Source of the DNA: Limnohabitans sp.
GTDB lineage: Bacteria > Pseudomonadota > Gammaproteobacteria > Burkholderiales > Burkholderiaceae_C
DNA length: 64,000 bases
Assembly (NCBI RefSeq): GCF_038134685.1
Contig: NZ_JAYPVP010000002.1
Location: forward strand, 37,089 to 101,088
Direction of reading: 5' to 3'
The position numbers and the translations under genes are program-made. The notes under the pieces were generated by a model, which had not been told where the DNA came from, ran no database searches, and saw only the letters and a list, made by a program, of their open reading frames with translations. The number at the start of each line of letters is the position of its first letter. The first letter of the stretch is position 1. Below, in pieces: positions 31,617 to 39,795 of this stretch.

Positions 31617-33160
31617 TCAAAAAAATCATCCATAAATTGCTGGGTAAATCTGCCGGCAACCGTCCCGACTTTGGTCGCCGCCACGAAGTGCCGGTTTCTG
31701 TACACGGCATCAACCCCGAGCTGGTGGACGAGCGCGCCATTACCGTGGTGCGCACCTTGCACCAGGCGGGTTACGAAGCCTATGTGGTCGGCGGTGCTGT
31801 GCGCGACCTGCTGGTCGGTCTGCGCCCCAAAGACTTTGATGTGGCCACCAACGCCACACCCGAGCAAGTCAAAAGCCTGTTTCGCCGCGCCTTCATCATT
31901 GGTCGCCGCTTTCGGATCGTGCACGTGGTCTTTGGCCGTGGCCGTGAACACGAAGTGATCGAAGTCTCCACTTTCCGCGCCTACCTCGACAACAGCGCTG
32001 CCGAGCAAGTCAAAGGCAACGAAAAAACCAGCAAACGCGCCCTCGAAGGCGTCAAACACGCGGTCGACGCCAGCGGCCGTGTGCTGCGCGACAACGTCTG
32101 GGGCCCGCAAGACGAAGACGCCACCCGCCGCGACTTTACGGTCAACGCCATGTACTACGACCCGCAAACGCAAATCGTGGTCGACTACCACGGTGGCATT
32201 GCTGACGCCCAAAAACGTGTACTGCGCATGATTGGCGACCCCCAATCGCGCTACCGCGAAGACCCGGTGCGCATCATCCGCGCCGTGCGCTTTGCCGCCA
32301 AACTCAGCCCCTTGGGCTTTGCCATCGAGCCTCGCACCGCCAAGCCCTTGGCCAGCATGAAAAAACTGTTGGCCGACGTGCCCCAAAGCCGCCTGTTTGA
32401 CGAAATGCTCAAACTGCTGCAAACCGGCCATGCGCTTGCCTCCATTGCGCAGCTGCAAACCCTGGGCCTGGCCAAAGGCATTTATCCGCTGCTCGACATC
32501 GTGGTCGAACGTGCCCAAACCGATTTTGTGCGCGCCGCCCTGGCCGACACCGACCGCCGCGTGGGGGAGGGCAAGCCCGTCGCCCCCAGCTTCTTGCTCG
32601 CGTGTGTGTTGTGGCAAGACGTGCGCCAAGCCTGGCAAGAGCGCCTGGCCCAAAAAGAGCACCCCTTCCCCGCGCTGCAAGGCGCCATTGACGAGGTGTT
32701 TGACACCCGCATTGGCGACGTCTCTGGCCGCGGCAAGCTCGGCGCCGACATGCGCGAAATCTGGATGATGCAACCCCGCTTCGAAAAACGCGTGGGCAGT
32801 ACCCCCTTCAGCCTGGCAGAGCAACCGCGCTTCAGGGCCGGGTTCGACTTTTTGCGCCTGCGTGCGGATGTCCAGGAAGTGCCCGAAGAGCTCGCAGATT
32901 GGTGGCAGGAATTCAGCCTGGCCGACGAGCAAACTCGCGCCGAACTGGTCGAGCAAGCCCGCACCCAGCAACAAGCCAAACCCAAAACCCGCACCCGCCG
33001 CGTCAGCAAACCCAAGCTGGACACGGCTGCTCCCGAAGCGGCCAGCAGCGAAGTGCAGGGCAGTGCAGGCGAGGGCGAAGCCAGCCCCGCCAAAAAACGC
33101 CGCCGTCGCCGCCGCAAGCCAGCGGGCGGCGCAGCAGGCGAGGGTGGTAGCGAAAGCTAA
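31613..33160 (+). CDS. pcnB: poly(A) polymerase I
   Basis: 515 aa. YVVGGAVRDLLVGLRPKDFDVATNATPEQV nucleotidyltransferase motif. Lys/Arg-rich C-terminal tail. Confidence 0.93.
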   Translation: MIKKIIHKLLGKSAGNRPDFGRRHEVPVSVHGINPELVDERAITVVRTLHQAGYEAYVVGGAVRDLLVGLRPKDFDVATNATPEQVKSLFRRAFIIGRRFRIVHVVFGRGREHEVIEVSTFRAYLDNSAAEQVKGNEKTSKRALEGVKHAVDASGRVLRDNVWGPQDEDATRRDFTVNAMYYDPQTQIVVDYHGGIADAQKRVLRMIGDPQSRYREDPVRIIRAVRFAAKLSPLGFAIEPRTAKPLASMKKLLADVPQSRLFDEMLKLLQTGHALASIAQLQTLGLAKGIYPLLDIVVERAQTDFVRAALADTDRRVGEGKPVAPSFLLACVLWQDVRQAWQERLAQKEHPFPALQGAIDEVFDTRIGDVSGRGKLGADMREIWMMQPRFEKRVGSTPFSLAEQPRFRAGFDFLRLRADVQEVPEELADWWQEFSLADEQTRAELVEQARTQQQAKPKTRTRRVSKPKLDTAAPEAASSEVQGSAGEGEASPAKKRRRRRRKPAGGAAGEGGSES

Positions 33161-33164
33161 GCCC

Positions 33165-33647
33165 TTGTCCACGCGCCCCCCCGTCACTGCCTACATTGGC
33201 CTGGGTGCCAATCTGGGCCAGGCTGCGCAAACCCTGCGCTGGGCGGTGGCGCAAATGGCGCAGTGGCCCGGCGTACAAGTGCAAGCCGTGTCCGACCTGT
33301 ACCGCACCGCACCGTTCGAGGCCCAAGGCCCCGACTTTGTGAATGCCGTGGCCGCGCTGCACACGCCCCAAACCGCACCCGATCTTCTGCAAAACCTGCT
33401 GGCGCTGGAGCTGCAAGCCGGGCGTGAGAGGCCCTACCGCAACGCTCCCCGCACGCTGGACCTGGACTTGCTCTTGTACGGCCACGCCAGCATCAGCAGC
33501 CCGCACCTCACGGTGCCGCACCCCCGCATGCATGAGCGCGCTTTCGTTCTTGTACCTTTGGCACAAATTGCGCCAGCGCTGGTAACTCCCGATGCATTGC
33601 GCGATGTGAAAAATCAGGCCGTTTCCAAGCTTGAGTCCTGGGGCTAA
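33165..33647 (+). CDS. folK: 2-amino-4-hydroxy-6-hydroxymethyldihydropteridine diphosphokinase
   Basis: The ORF-track frame (32862..33647) overlaps pcnB. There is no in-frame ATG near the conserved start, so I use TTG 33165 (4 nt after the pcnB stop): (M)STRPPVTAYIGLGANLG... PHPRMHERAFVLVPL motif. Start uncertain. Confidence 0.8.
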   Translation: MSTRPPVTAYIGLGANLGQAAQTLRWAVAQMAQWPGVQVQAVSDLYRTAPFEAQGPDFVNAVAALHTPQTAPDLLQNLLALELQAGRERPYRNAPRTLDLDLLLYGHASISSPHLTVPHPRMHERAFVLVPLAQIAPALVTPDALRDVKNQAVSKLESWG

Positions 33648-33662
33648 GCGGTTAAACTTCTT

Positions 33663-33702
33663 CTGTCATAAAAGTGTCACGTCACAGAAACGGTCGTGTC
33701 AC
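33663..33702 (+). promoter_or_regulatory. candidate PhoB-binding Pho boxes upstream of DUF47-pit
   Basis: CTGTCATaaaaGTGTCAC (33663-33680) closely matches the E. coli Pho-box consensus CTGTCATA(A/T)A(T/A)CTGTCA(C/T). Further 11-bp-phased repeats CAGAAAC and GTGTCAC run to 33702, only 21 nt before the ATG. Confidence 0.5.
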
Positions 33703-33723
33703 CCAAACCGTCAGGAGTACCGC

Positions 33724-34371
33724 ATGTTGTTTGCCAAACTGCTGCCCAAAGAGGGCAATTTTTTTCATTTATTCAATCAACATGCAGATCGTGTTGTTGA
33801 GGCTGCACGTGCGTTCTCGAACCTGGTAGCCAATTACCAGGATGCGCACCTGCGCGAAAAATACAACCGCGATGTGGACAACGCCGAACATGCAGCAGAT
33901 CGTGTCACCCAGGAAGTCAACCGTTTGTTGCACACCACGTTCATCACTCCGATCGATCGTGAGCAAATCCATGCGCTGATCAACATGATGGATGATGTCG
34001 CCGACCTCATCCAGGACTCAGCCGAGACCATGGCCCTGTATGACGTCAAGCACATGACTGACGAAATTTCGCGCCTGACCGACCTTTCGGTCAAGTCTTG
34101 CGAGCGCTTGCAAGATGCGGTCAAGCTGCTCGCTCGTATTGGTGAGCCCGCTGTGGCCGAAGCTGCGCTCAAGACCTGCGAGGAAATTGACCGTCTGGAG
34201 TCGGACGCTGATCGTGTGTTGCGCAGCGCCATGAGCAAGCTCTTTCGTGACGAGCCCGATGTGCGTGAAATCATCAAGCTCAAAGCGATTTACGAGTTGC
34301 TCGAAACCATCACCGACAAGTGCGAGGATGTGGCCAACCAGATCGAGGGCATCGTCCTCGAAAACTCCTGA
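33724..34371 (+). CDS. DUF47 family protein (PhoU-like, Pit accessory protein)
   Basis: ORF 33631..34371; start moved to ATG 33724 (MLFAKLLPKEGNFFHLFNQHADRVVEAARAF), preceded by AGGAG. Typical partner of PiT transporters. Confidence 0.85.
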   Translation: MLFAKLLPKEGNFFHLFNQHADRVVEAARAFSNLVANYQDAHLREKYNRDVDNAEHAADRVTQEVNRLLHTTFITPIDREQIHALINMMDDVADLIQDSAETMALYDVKHMTDEISRLTDLSVKSCERLQDAVKLLARIGEPAVAEAALKTCEEIDRLESDADRVLRSAMSKLFRDEPDVREIIKLKAIYELLETITDKCEDVANQIEGIVLENS

Positions 34372-34389
34372 TCCGGACGGGACTGCGCG

Positions 34390-35400
34390 ATGGAAACCGT
34401 GCAAGCTGCTTTCTGGATCGTCTCGCTGCTGGTGGTGCTGGCGCTGGTGTTTGACTTCATGAACGGATTTCATGATGCGGCCAACTCCATTGCGACCGTC
34501 GTGTCCACCGGAGTGCTCAAACCCTCTCAGGCAGTGGTGTTTGCAGCCTTCTTCAACTTTGTAGCCATCTTCATCTTTCACCTCAGCGTGGCAGCCACCG
34601 TCGGCAAAGGCATTGTCCAGCCTGGGGTGGTGGACGTGAACGTGGTCTTTGGGGCCTTGACAGGCGCCATCGTCTGGAACGTGATCACCTGGTATTACGG
34701 TATTCCCAGCAGCTCTTCGCACGCCCTGATTGGTGGCATTGTCGGAGCTGTGATCGCCAAGGCGGGCACGGGTGCGTTGCTGTCTTCGGGCATCATCAAG
34801 ACCGTGTTGTTCATCTTCGTTTCACCTTTGCTGGGCTACTTGCTGGGCTCTCTCATGATGGTGCTGGTTGCCAACATCTTCCGTCGTACCCGACCGCTCA
34901 AAGTGGACAAATGGTTCCGTCGTTTGCAGCTGGTCTCGGCCGGTGCCTATAGTCTGGGGCACGGCGGTAACGATGCTCAAAAAACCATTGGCATCATCTG
35001 GATGATGCTCATTGCTACCGGGTACGCCACAGCTGCCGACAAGGCACCTCCTACATGGGTCATCATCAGTTGCTACCTGGCCATCGGTCTGGGCACCATG
35101 TTTGGGGGGTGGCGCATCGTCAAAACTATGGGCCAGAAAATCACCAAACTCAAGCCCGTTGGCGGCTTTTGTGCCGAAACGGGGGGAGCCATGACCTTGT
35201 TCCTGGCTACCGCGCTGGGCATCCCCGTGTCCACCACCCACACCATCACCGGTGCCATCGTCGGCGTGGGTTCTACTCAGCGAGCCAGCGCCGTGCGCTG
35301 GGGAGTGGCGGGCAACATTATCTGGGCATGGGTGCTGACTATTCCAGCCAGCGCTTTTGTGGCTGGTATCGCTTATGGGGGTAGTCTGTACCTCTTCTGA
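34390..35400 (+). CDS. pit: inorganic phosphate transporter, PiT family
   Basis: 336 aa. Duplicated PiT signature GFHDAANSIATVV / GGNDAQKTIGI. Confidence 0.92.
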   Translation: METVQAAFWIVSLLVVLALVFDFMNGFHDAANSIATVVSTGVLKPSQAVVFAAFFNFVAIFIFHLSVAATVGKGIVQPGVVDVNVVFGALTGAIVWNVITWYYGIPSSSSHALIGGIVGAVIAKAGTGALLSSGIIKTVLFIFVSPLLGYLLGSLMMVLVANIFRRTRPLKVDKWFRRLQLVSAGAYSLGHGGNDAQKTIGIIWMMLIATGYATAADKAPPTWVIISCYLAIGLGTMFGGWRIVKTMGQKITKLKPVGGFCAETGGAMTLFLATALGIPVSTTHTITGAIVGVGSTQRASAVRWGVAGNIIWAWVLTIPASAFVAGIAYGGSLYLF

Positions 35401-35420
35401 ACAGCTTGAGATACAGACCA

Positions 35421-35450
35421 AGGGCCGCATTCACTGCGGCCCTTTCATTT
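35421..35450 (+). terminator. intrinsic terminator after pit
   Basis: GGGCCGC-attcact-GCGGCCC followed by TTTCATTT. Confidence 0.6.
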
Positions 35451-35538
35451 ACAGCATGGCCTTGCCTGAGCTGCCTCTTGGTTTCTGGCATCACGCATGG
35501 CGCATACGCTATGCTTGGAACGATTGGAAAGCATGTTT

Positions 35539-36411
35539 ATGACGCAACGCAAAGGCATCATTCTGGCTGGTGGCTCGGGCACCCGGCTGTATCCCGTCAC
35601 GCAGGCCGTGAGCAAGCAGCTCATGCCGGTGTACGACAAGCCTATGGTGTACTACCCGCTCACCACGCTGATGCTTGCGGGCATACGCGATGTGCTGCTC
35701 ATCAGTACCCCGCAAGACACGCCGCGCTTTACTGACCTGCTGGGCGACGGCAGTCAGTGGGGCATGAATATTCAGTATGCGGTGCAGCCGAGTCCGGACG
35801 GGCTGGCGCAAGCCTTCATCATCGGCAAAGACTTTGTGGGCAAGCACCCGAGCACGCTGGTGCTGGGCGACAACATCTTTTACGGCCATGACCTGGTCAA
35901 GCTGCTGTCCAGCGCCAATGCACGCACCCAGGGCGCGAGTGTGTTTGCCTACCATGTGCATGACCCCGAGCGTTATGGTGTGGTCGACTTTGACCCCCAG
36001 CAACGCGCCCTCAGCATTGAAGAAAAGCCCGCCAAGCCCAAGAGCAACTACGCCGTGACCGGACTGTATTTTTACGACCAGCAGGTGTGCGACATCGCGG
36101 CAGACATCAAACCGTCGCCACGCGGTGAGCTGGAAATCACCGACGTCAACAAACGGTACCTTGAACAAGGCCAACTCAATGTCGAAATCATGGGCCGTGG
36201 CTACGCCTGGCTGGACACCGGCACGCACGACAGCCTGCACGAGGCGGCAGGCTTTATCGCGACTTTGCAAAAGCGACAGGGTTTGATGGTGGCCTGTCCT
36301 GAGGAAATTGCCTTTGCCCAAAAGTGGATTGATGCCGCAGCCATCCAAAAGCTCGCAGCTCCGCTGGCCAAGAACGGCTACGGTCAATACCTGCTGAACT
36401 TGCTTAAATAA
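35539..36411 (+). CDS. rfbA: glucose-1-phosphate thymidylyltransferase
   Basis: ORF 35497..36411; start moved to ATG 35539 ([36 protein letters not shown]). Confidence 0.95.
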   Translation: MTQRKGIILAGGSGTRLYPVTQAVSKQLMPVYDKPMVYYPLTTLMLAGIRDVLLISTPQDTPRFTDLLGDGSQWGMNIQYAVQPSPDGLAQAFIIGKDFVGKHPSTLVLGDNIFYGHDLVKLLSSANARTQGASVFAYHVHDPERYGVVDFDPQQRALSIEEKPAKPKSNYAVTGLYFYDQQVCDIAADIKPSPRGELEITDVNKRYLEQGQLNVEIMGRGYAWLDTGTHDSLHEAAGFIATLQKRQGLMVACPEEIAFAQKWIDAAAIQKLAAPLAKNGYGQYLLNLLK

Positions 36412-36962
36412 TGCCTTACACCGTAACCTCTACTGCGATTCCCGATGTGCTGATCCTCGAGCCGAAGGTGTTCGGTGATAGCCGGGGTTTCTTTTTTGAG
36501 AGCTTCAACGCGCAGGACTTTGCCAAGGCTACCGGCCTGAATGTTGAGTTTGTGCAGGACAACCACAGCCGCAGCAGCCAAGGGGTGTTGCGTGGGCTGC
36601 ACTACCAGCTGCAGCAGCCGCAGGGCAAGCTGGTGCGCGTGGTGCGCGGCGCTGTGTTTGACGTGGCCGTGGACATCCGCAAAAGCTCACCCACGTTTGG
36701 CCAATGGGTGGGCTGCGAGCTGACCGAAGACAATCGCCGTCAAATGTGGGTGCCTCCGGGTTTCGCACACGGCTTTGTCGTGATGAGCGCGTCGGCTGAC
36801 TTTTTGTACAAAACCACCGACTATTACGCCCCCGCGCATGAGCGCTGCATCGCCTGGAACGATCCGGCCATTGGCATCCGCTGGCCCCAGGGCATCGCGC
36901 CGCAGTTGTCGCCCAAAGACCAGGCCGGACTATCGCTGGCGCAGGCTGAGGTGTTTGGGTGA
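36411..36962 (+). CDS. rfbC: dTDP-4-dehydrorhamnose 3,5-epimerase
   Basis: 183 aa. DSRGFFFESF..., RGLHYQ, WVPPGFAHGF motifs. Start overlaps the rfbA stop. Confidence 0.93.
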   Translation: MPYTVTSTAIPDVLILEPKVFGDSRGFFFESFNAQDFAKATGLNVEFVQDNHSRSSQGVLRGLHYQLQQPQGKLVRVVRGAVFDVAVDIRKSSPTFGQWVGCELTEDNRRQMWVPPGFAHGFVVMSASADFLYKTTDYYAPAHERCIAWNDPAIGIRWPQGIAPQLSPKDQAGLSLAQAEVFG

Positions 36963-36980
36963 GCAGCCCAAATTGCCGTT

Positions 36981-37427
36981 TTATTGGCTGATCAGACGTG
37001 CTGCTTCGATCTGATATTCAAAGTAGCGCTGAAAACTGAAGACCAGGCTGGACATCAGGATTGCGGTCCCGATCAACAGGGATACAGCGACGCCACCGAT
37101 GGTGAGCCAGCTGGTTTGTCCTGCAGGGTGTTCAACCGAGTGTTCTGGATTGAACCTGGCGTTCCACTTTTCAGTTGGCATCAGGCCATAAACGATGGCG
37201 TTGAGCGCACAGGCGGCGATGTTGAAGCCCAACAAGGGAATAAGCCACCAGCTCATCATGTCATCCAAACCGAACGCCTGGACACGGCTTATACCGTAAA
37301 GTCCCAACGCAGTCGGGACAGGCATCAGCCAGCCGAGCCAGTCACCCAAGCCGTGCAAGTAAAACCGGTGCAAGCCCAGTGGGCCGCCAAAGAACGTTAG
37401 CCAGGTCGAGAGGGTCTTGCTTTTCAT
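36981..37427 (-). CDS. TM2 domain-containing membrane protein
   Basis: 148 aa. FFGGPLGLHRFYLHG is the TM2-domain signature. Hydrophobic. Confidence 0.75.
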   Translation of the reverse strand: MKSKTLSTWLTFFGGPLGLHRFYLHGLGDWLGWLMPVPTALGLYGISRVQAFGLDDMMSWWLIPLLGFNIAACALNAIVYGLMPTEKWNARFNPEHSVEHPAGQTSWLTIGGVAVSLLIGTAILMSSLVFSFQRYFEYQIEAARLISQ

Positions 37428-37482
37428 GTACGCATTATCGTGTCGTTTGTCTCTGCGAGCGCAGCGCGACAGTCTAAAAGGT

Positions 37483-37503
37483 TATAATCCAAGGCTTTTC
37501 AGT
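37483..37503 (+). promoter_or_regulatory. rpsP promoter -10 (TATAAT) plus conserved downstream box
   Basis: TATAATCCAAGGCTTTTCAGT, about 95 nt upstream of rpsP; nearly identical to the element upstream of rplS (39228-39248). No good -35 seen. Confidence 0.45.
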
Positions 37504-37598
37504 GTGTCACTGGCCGGGTGGCCAGTTGCGTGTCTCAAACGCTGAAGATTTGATGGATGCTGCACAAGGCAGTTTCCAGACCACCCAAGGATTTAAAA

Positions 37599-37850
37599 AT
37601 GGTCGTTATCCGTATGAGCCGTGGCGGCTCCAAAGCCCGTCCTTTCTACAACATCGTTGTGGCCGACAAGCGCGTTCGTCGCGATGGCAGCTTCATCGAG
37701 CGCCTGGGTTTCTACAACCCTACCGCCAAGGGCGGTGAAGAAGGTCTGCGCGTTGCCATGAACCGCGTGACTTACTGGAAGAGCGTTGGCGCTCAGGCTT
37801 CTCCCACCGTGGAACGCCTGCTCAAGCAAGCCGCCAAAGCTGCTGCCTGA
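37599..37850 (+). CDS. rpsP: 30S ribosomal protein S16
   Basis: ORF 37557..37850; start moved to ATG 37599 ([25 protein letters not shown]), preceded by AAGGA. Confidence 0.95.
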   Translation: MVVIRMSRGGSKARPFYNIVVADKRVRRDGSFIERLGFYNPTAKGGEEGLRVAMNRVTYWKSVGAQASPTVERLLKQAAKAAA

Positions 37851-37864
37851 TAGGCCCGTACCTG

Positions 37865-38473
37865 ATGCGCCCACAACTCGAAGTGGCCGAATTGCCGGCT
37901 GACGCTGTAGAGGTGGGGCGCATTGCAGATGCCTGGGGCATCAAAGGCTGGTTCAAGGTCTTGCCCCACAGCGCCTCGCCCGAGGCGCTTTTTTCTTCCA
38001 AACGCTGGTATTTGTTGGCACCCGAAAGGCAACAGGTGCGTCCGGCACGAGCTGCTGCCTCGGCCACGACCACCCCCAGCTTGCCCTGGACCGAGCCTTT
38101 GCTGCTCAAGGTCAAAGAGGCCAGAGAACATTCCGACAGCATCGTGGCGTGCAGCGCAGACGTGACTGACCGCAATGGCGCCGAGGCCCTGAAGGGCGCT
38201 CGGGTGTTTGTGTCGCGTTCGAGCTTTCCGACCCCGGAAGATGGCGAGTATTACTGGGTGGACCTGATGGGCTTGCCCGTGACCAACCGCGAGGGCGAGA
38301 GCCTGGGCGTGGTGCACGATTTGCTGTCCACCGGGCCGCAAACGGTGCTGGTGTTGCACTCAGAAGAGGGCGGCAAAAAAGTGGAACGCATGATTCCGTT
38401 TGTGGACGCCTTTATCGACAAGGTGGATCTGCAGGCACGGTGCATCACCGTGGACTGGCAGCCCGATTACTGA
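37865..38473 (+). CDS. rimM: ribosome maturation factor RimM
   Basis: 202 aa. VGRIADAWGIKGWFKV... and a PRC-barrel-like C-terminus. Canonical position between rpsP and trmD. Confidence 0.9.
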   Translation: MRPQLEVAELPADAVEVGRIADAWGIKGWFKVLPHSASPEALFSSKRWYLLAPERQQVRPARAAASATTTPSLPWTEPLLLKVKEAREHSDSIVACSADVTDRNGAEALKGARVFVSRSSFPTPEDGEYYWVDLMGLPVTNREGESLGVVHDLLSTGPQTVLVLHSEEGGKKVERMIPFVDAFIDKVDLQARCITVDWQPDY

Positions 38474-38488
38474 TGAAGGGCGCGTGCT

Positions 38489-39232
38489 GTGCGCTTTGAC
38501 ATCATCACCCTGTTTCCTGAACTGTTTGAGCCGTTTTTAAAAGCGGGCGTGACGCGCCGTGCCTTTGAGACGCGTCAGGTGGATGTGCGCCTGTGGAACC
38601 CGCGCGATGTTGCCGAGGGCAATTACCGCCGCGTGGACGACCGCCCCTTTGGCGGTGGCCCCGGCATGGTGATGCTGGCCGAGCCGCTGGAAAAGTGCTT
38701 GCAGGCCATTCGCGCCGACCGAGGTGAGGGCGCGCCCGTTGTTCTGTTTTCCCCCATTGGTCAGGCCTTGAACCACACGGCGGTGCAGGCCTGGTCGGAC
38801 AGCGAGGGCGCCGTTTTGCTGTGCGGCCGCTACGAGGGTGTGGATCAGCGTTTTATTGACCGCTATGTAACGCACCAGATCAGCCTGGGCGACTTTGTAT
38901 TGTCGGGCGGCGAAATTGCGGCCATGGCTTTGCTGGACGCGGTGGCGCGGCTGCAGCCTGGCGTGCTCAATGACGAGGGCAGTCACCAGTTGGACAGCTT
39001 CAACCCCGCACTCGATGGCTTGCTGGACAGTCCGCACTACACCCGCCCCGAGGTGTGGCAGGGCGAGCCGGTGCCCGAGGCTTTGATGTCTGGCCACCAC
39101 GCCCGCATTGAGCGCTGGCGGCGCGAGCAAAGCCTGACGCTGACGGCTAAGCACCGCCCCGAACTGTTGGCGCAGGCCCGTGCAGACGGCAAACTGAGCC
39201 CGGCTGACGAGCTTTTCCTGAAAAAGCTATAA
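38489..39232 (+). CDS. trmD: tRNA (guanine37-N1)-methyltransferase
   Basis: 247 aa, GTG start, (M)[16 protein letters not shown]...[12 protein letters not shown]... Confidence 0.95.
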   Translation: MRFDIITLFPELFEPFLKAGVTRRAFETRQVDVRLWNPRDVAEGNYRRVDDRPFGGGPGMVMLAEPLEKCLQAIRADRGEGAPVVLFSPIGQALNHTAVQAWSDSEGAVLLCGRYEGVDQRFIDRYVTHQISLGDFVLSGGEIAAMALLDAVARLQPGVLNDEGSHQLDSFNPALDGLLDSPHYTRPEVWQGEPVPEALMSGHHARIERWRREQSLTLTAKHRPELLAQARADGKLSPADELFLKKL

Positions 39233-39248
39233 TCGAAGGCTTTTCGGT
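39204..39248 (+). promoter_or_regulatory. internal promoter for rplS (CTGACG-N18-TATAAT) plus conserved downstream box
   Basis: Lies in the 3' end of trmD. TATAATCGAAGGCTTTTCGGT matches the rpsP element (24 of 29 positions in my hand alignment, including upstream AAAAG). Confidence 0.5.
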
Positions 39249-39328
39249 CCTCTACCCGCCGCGGTCCAGCTTAGATTTGGAACGCCCCTAGTGCAGCGGG
39301 CATGAACGAAAAAATTGTGGAGTTTCAG

Positions 39329-39709
39329 ATGAACCTGATCCAAACCCTTGAGCAAGAAGAAATTGCTCGCCTTGGCAAGACCATTCCCGAATTCGCCCCT
39401 GGCGATACCGTGATCGTGAACGTGAACGTGGTTGAAGGTAACCGCAAGCGCGTGCAGGCTTACGAAGGTGTGGTGATCGCCAAGCGCAACCGTGGCCTCA
39501 ACAGCGGCTTTACCGTGCGCAAGATCTCCAGCGGCGAAGGCGTGGAACGTACGTTCCAGACCTACAGCCCCCTGATCGCCAGCATCGAAGTCAAGCGTCG
39601 TGGCGACGTGCGTCGTGCCAAGCTGTACTACCTGCGCGAGCGCAGCGGCAAGTCGGCCCGTATCAAGGAAAAGCTGCCCCAGCGCAAAGCTGCTGTGGTT
39701 GCCCAGTAA
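39329..39709 (+). CDS. rplS: 50S ribosomal protein L19
   Basis: ORF 39302..39709; start moved to ATG 39329 ([28 protein letters not shown]), preceded by GGAG. Confidence 0.95.
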   Translation: MNLIQTLEQEEIARLGKTIPEFAPGDTVIVNVNVVEGNRKRVQAYEGVVIAKRNRGLNSGFTVRKISSGEGVERTFQTYSPLIASIEVKRRGDVRRAKLYYLRERSGKSARIKEKLPQRKAAVVAQ

Positions 39710-39720
39710 TCCTGATCAGC

Positions 39721-39766
39721 ACAAAAAGAAAACCGCCCGTGGTGCAAACCCGGGCGGTTTTTCTTT
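39721..39766. terminator. bidirectional intrinsic terminator (rplS / DEAD-box helicase convergent)
   Basis: A-rich run, then CCGCCCG ... CGGGCGG hairpin, then TTTTTCTTT. Confidence 0.75.
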
Positions 39767-39795
39767 GGGCGCCTTGTGGACGCCCATAAAGGTTT

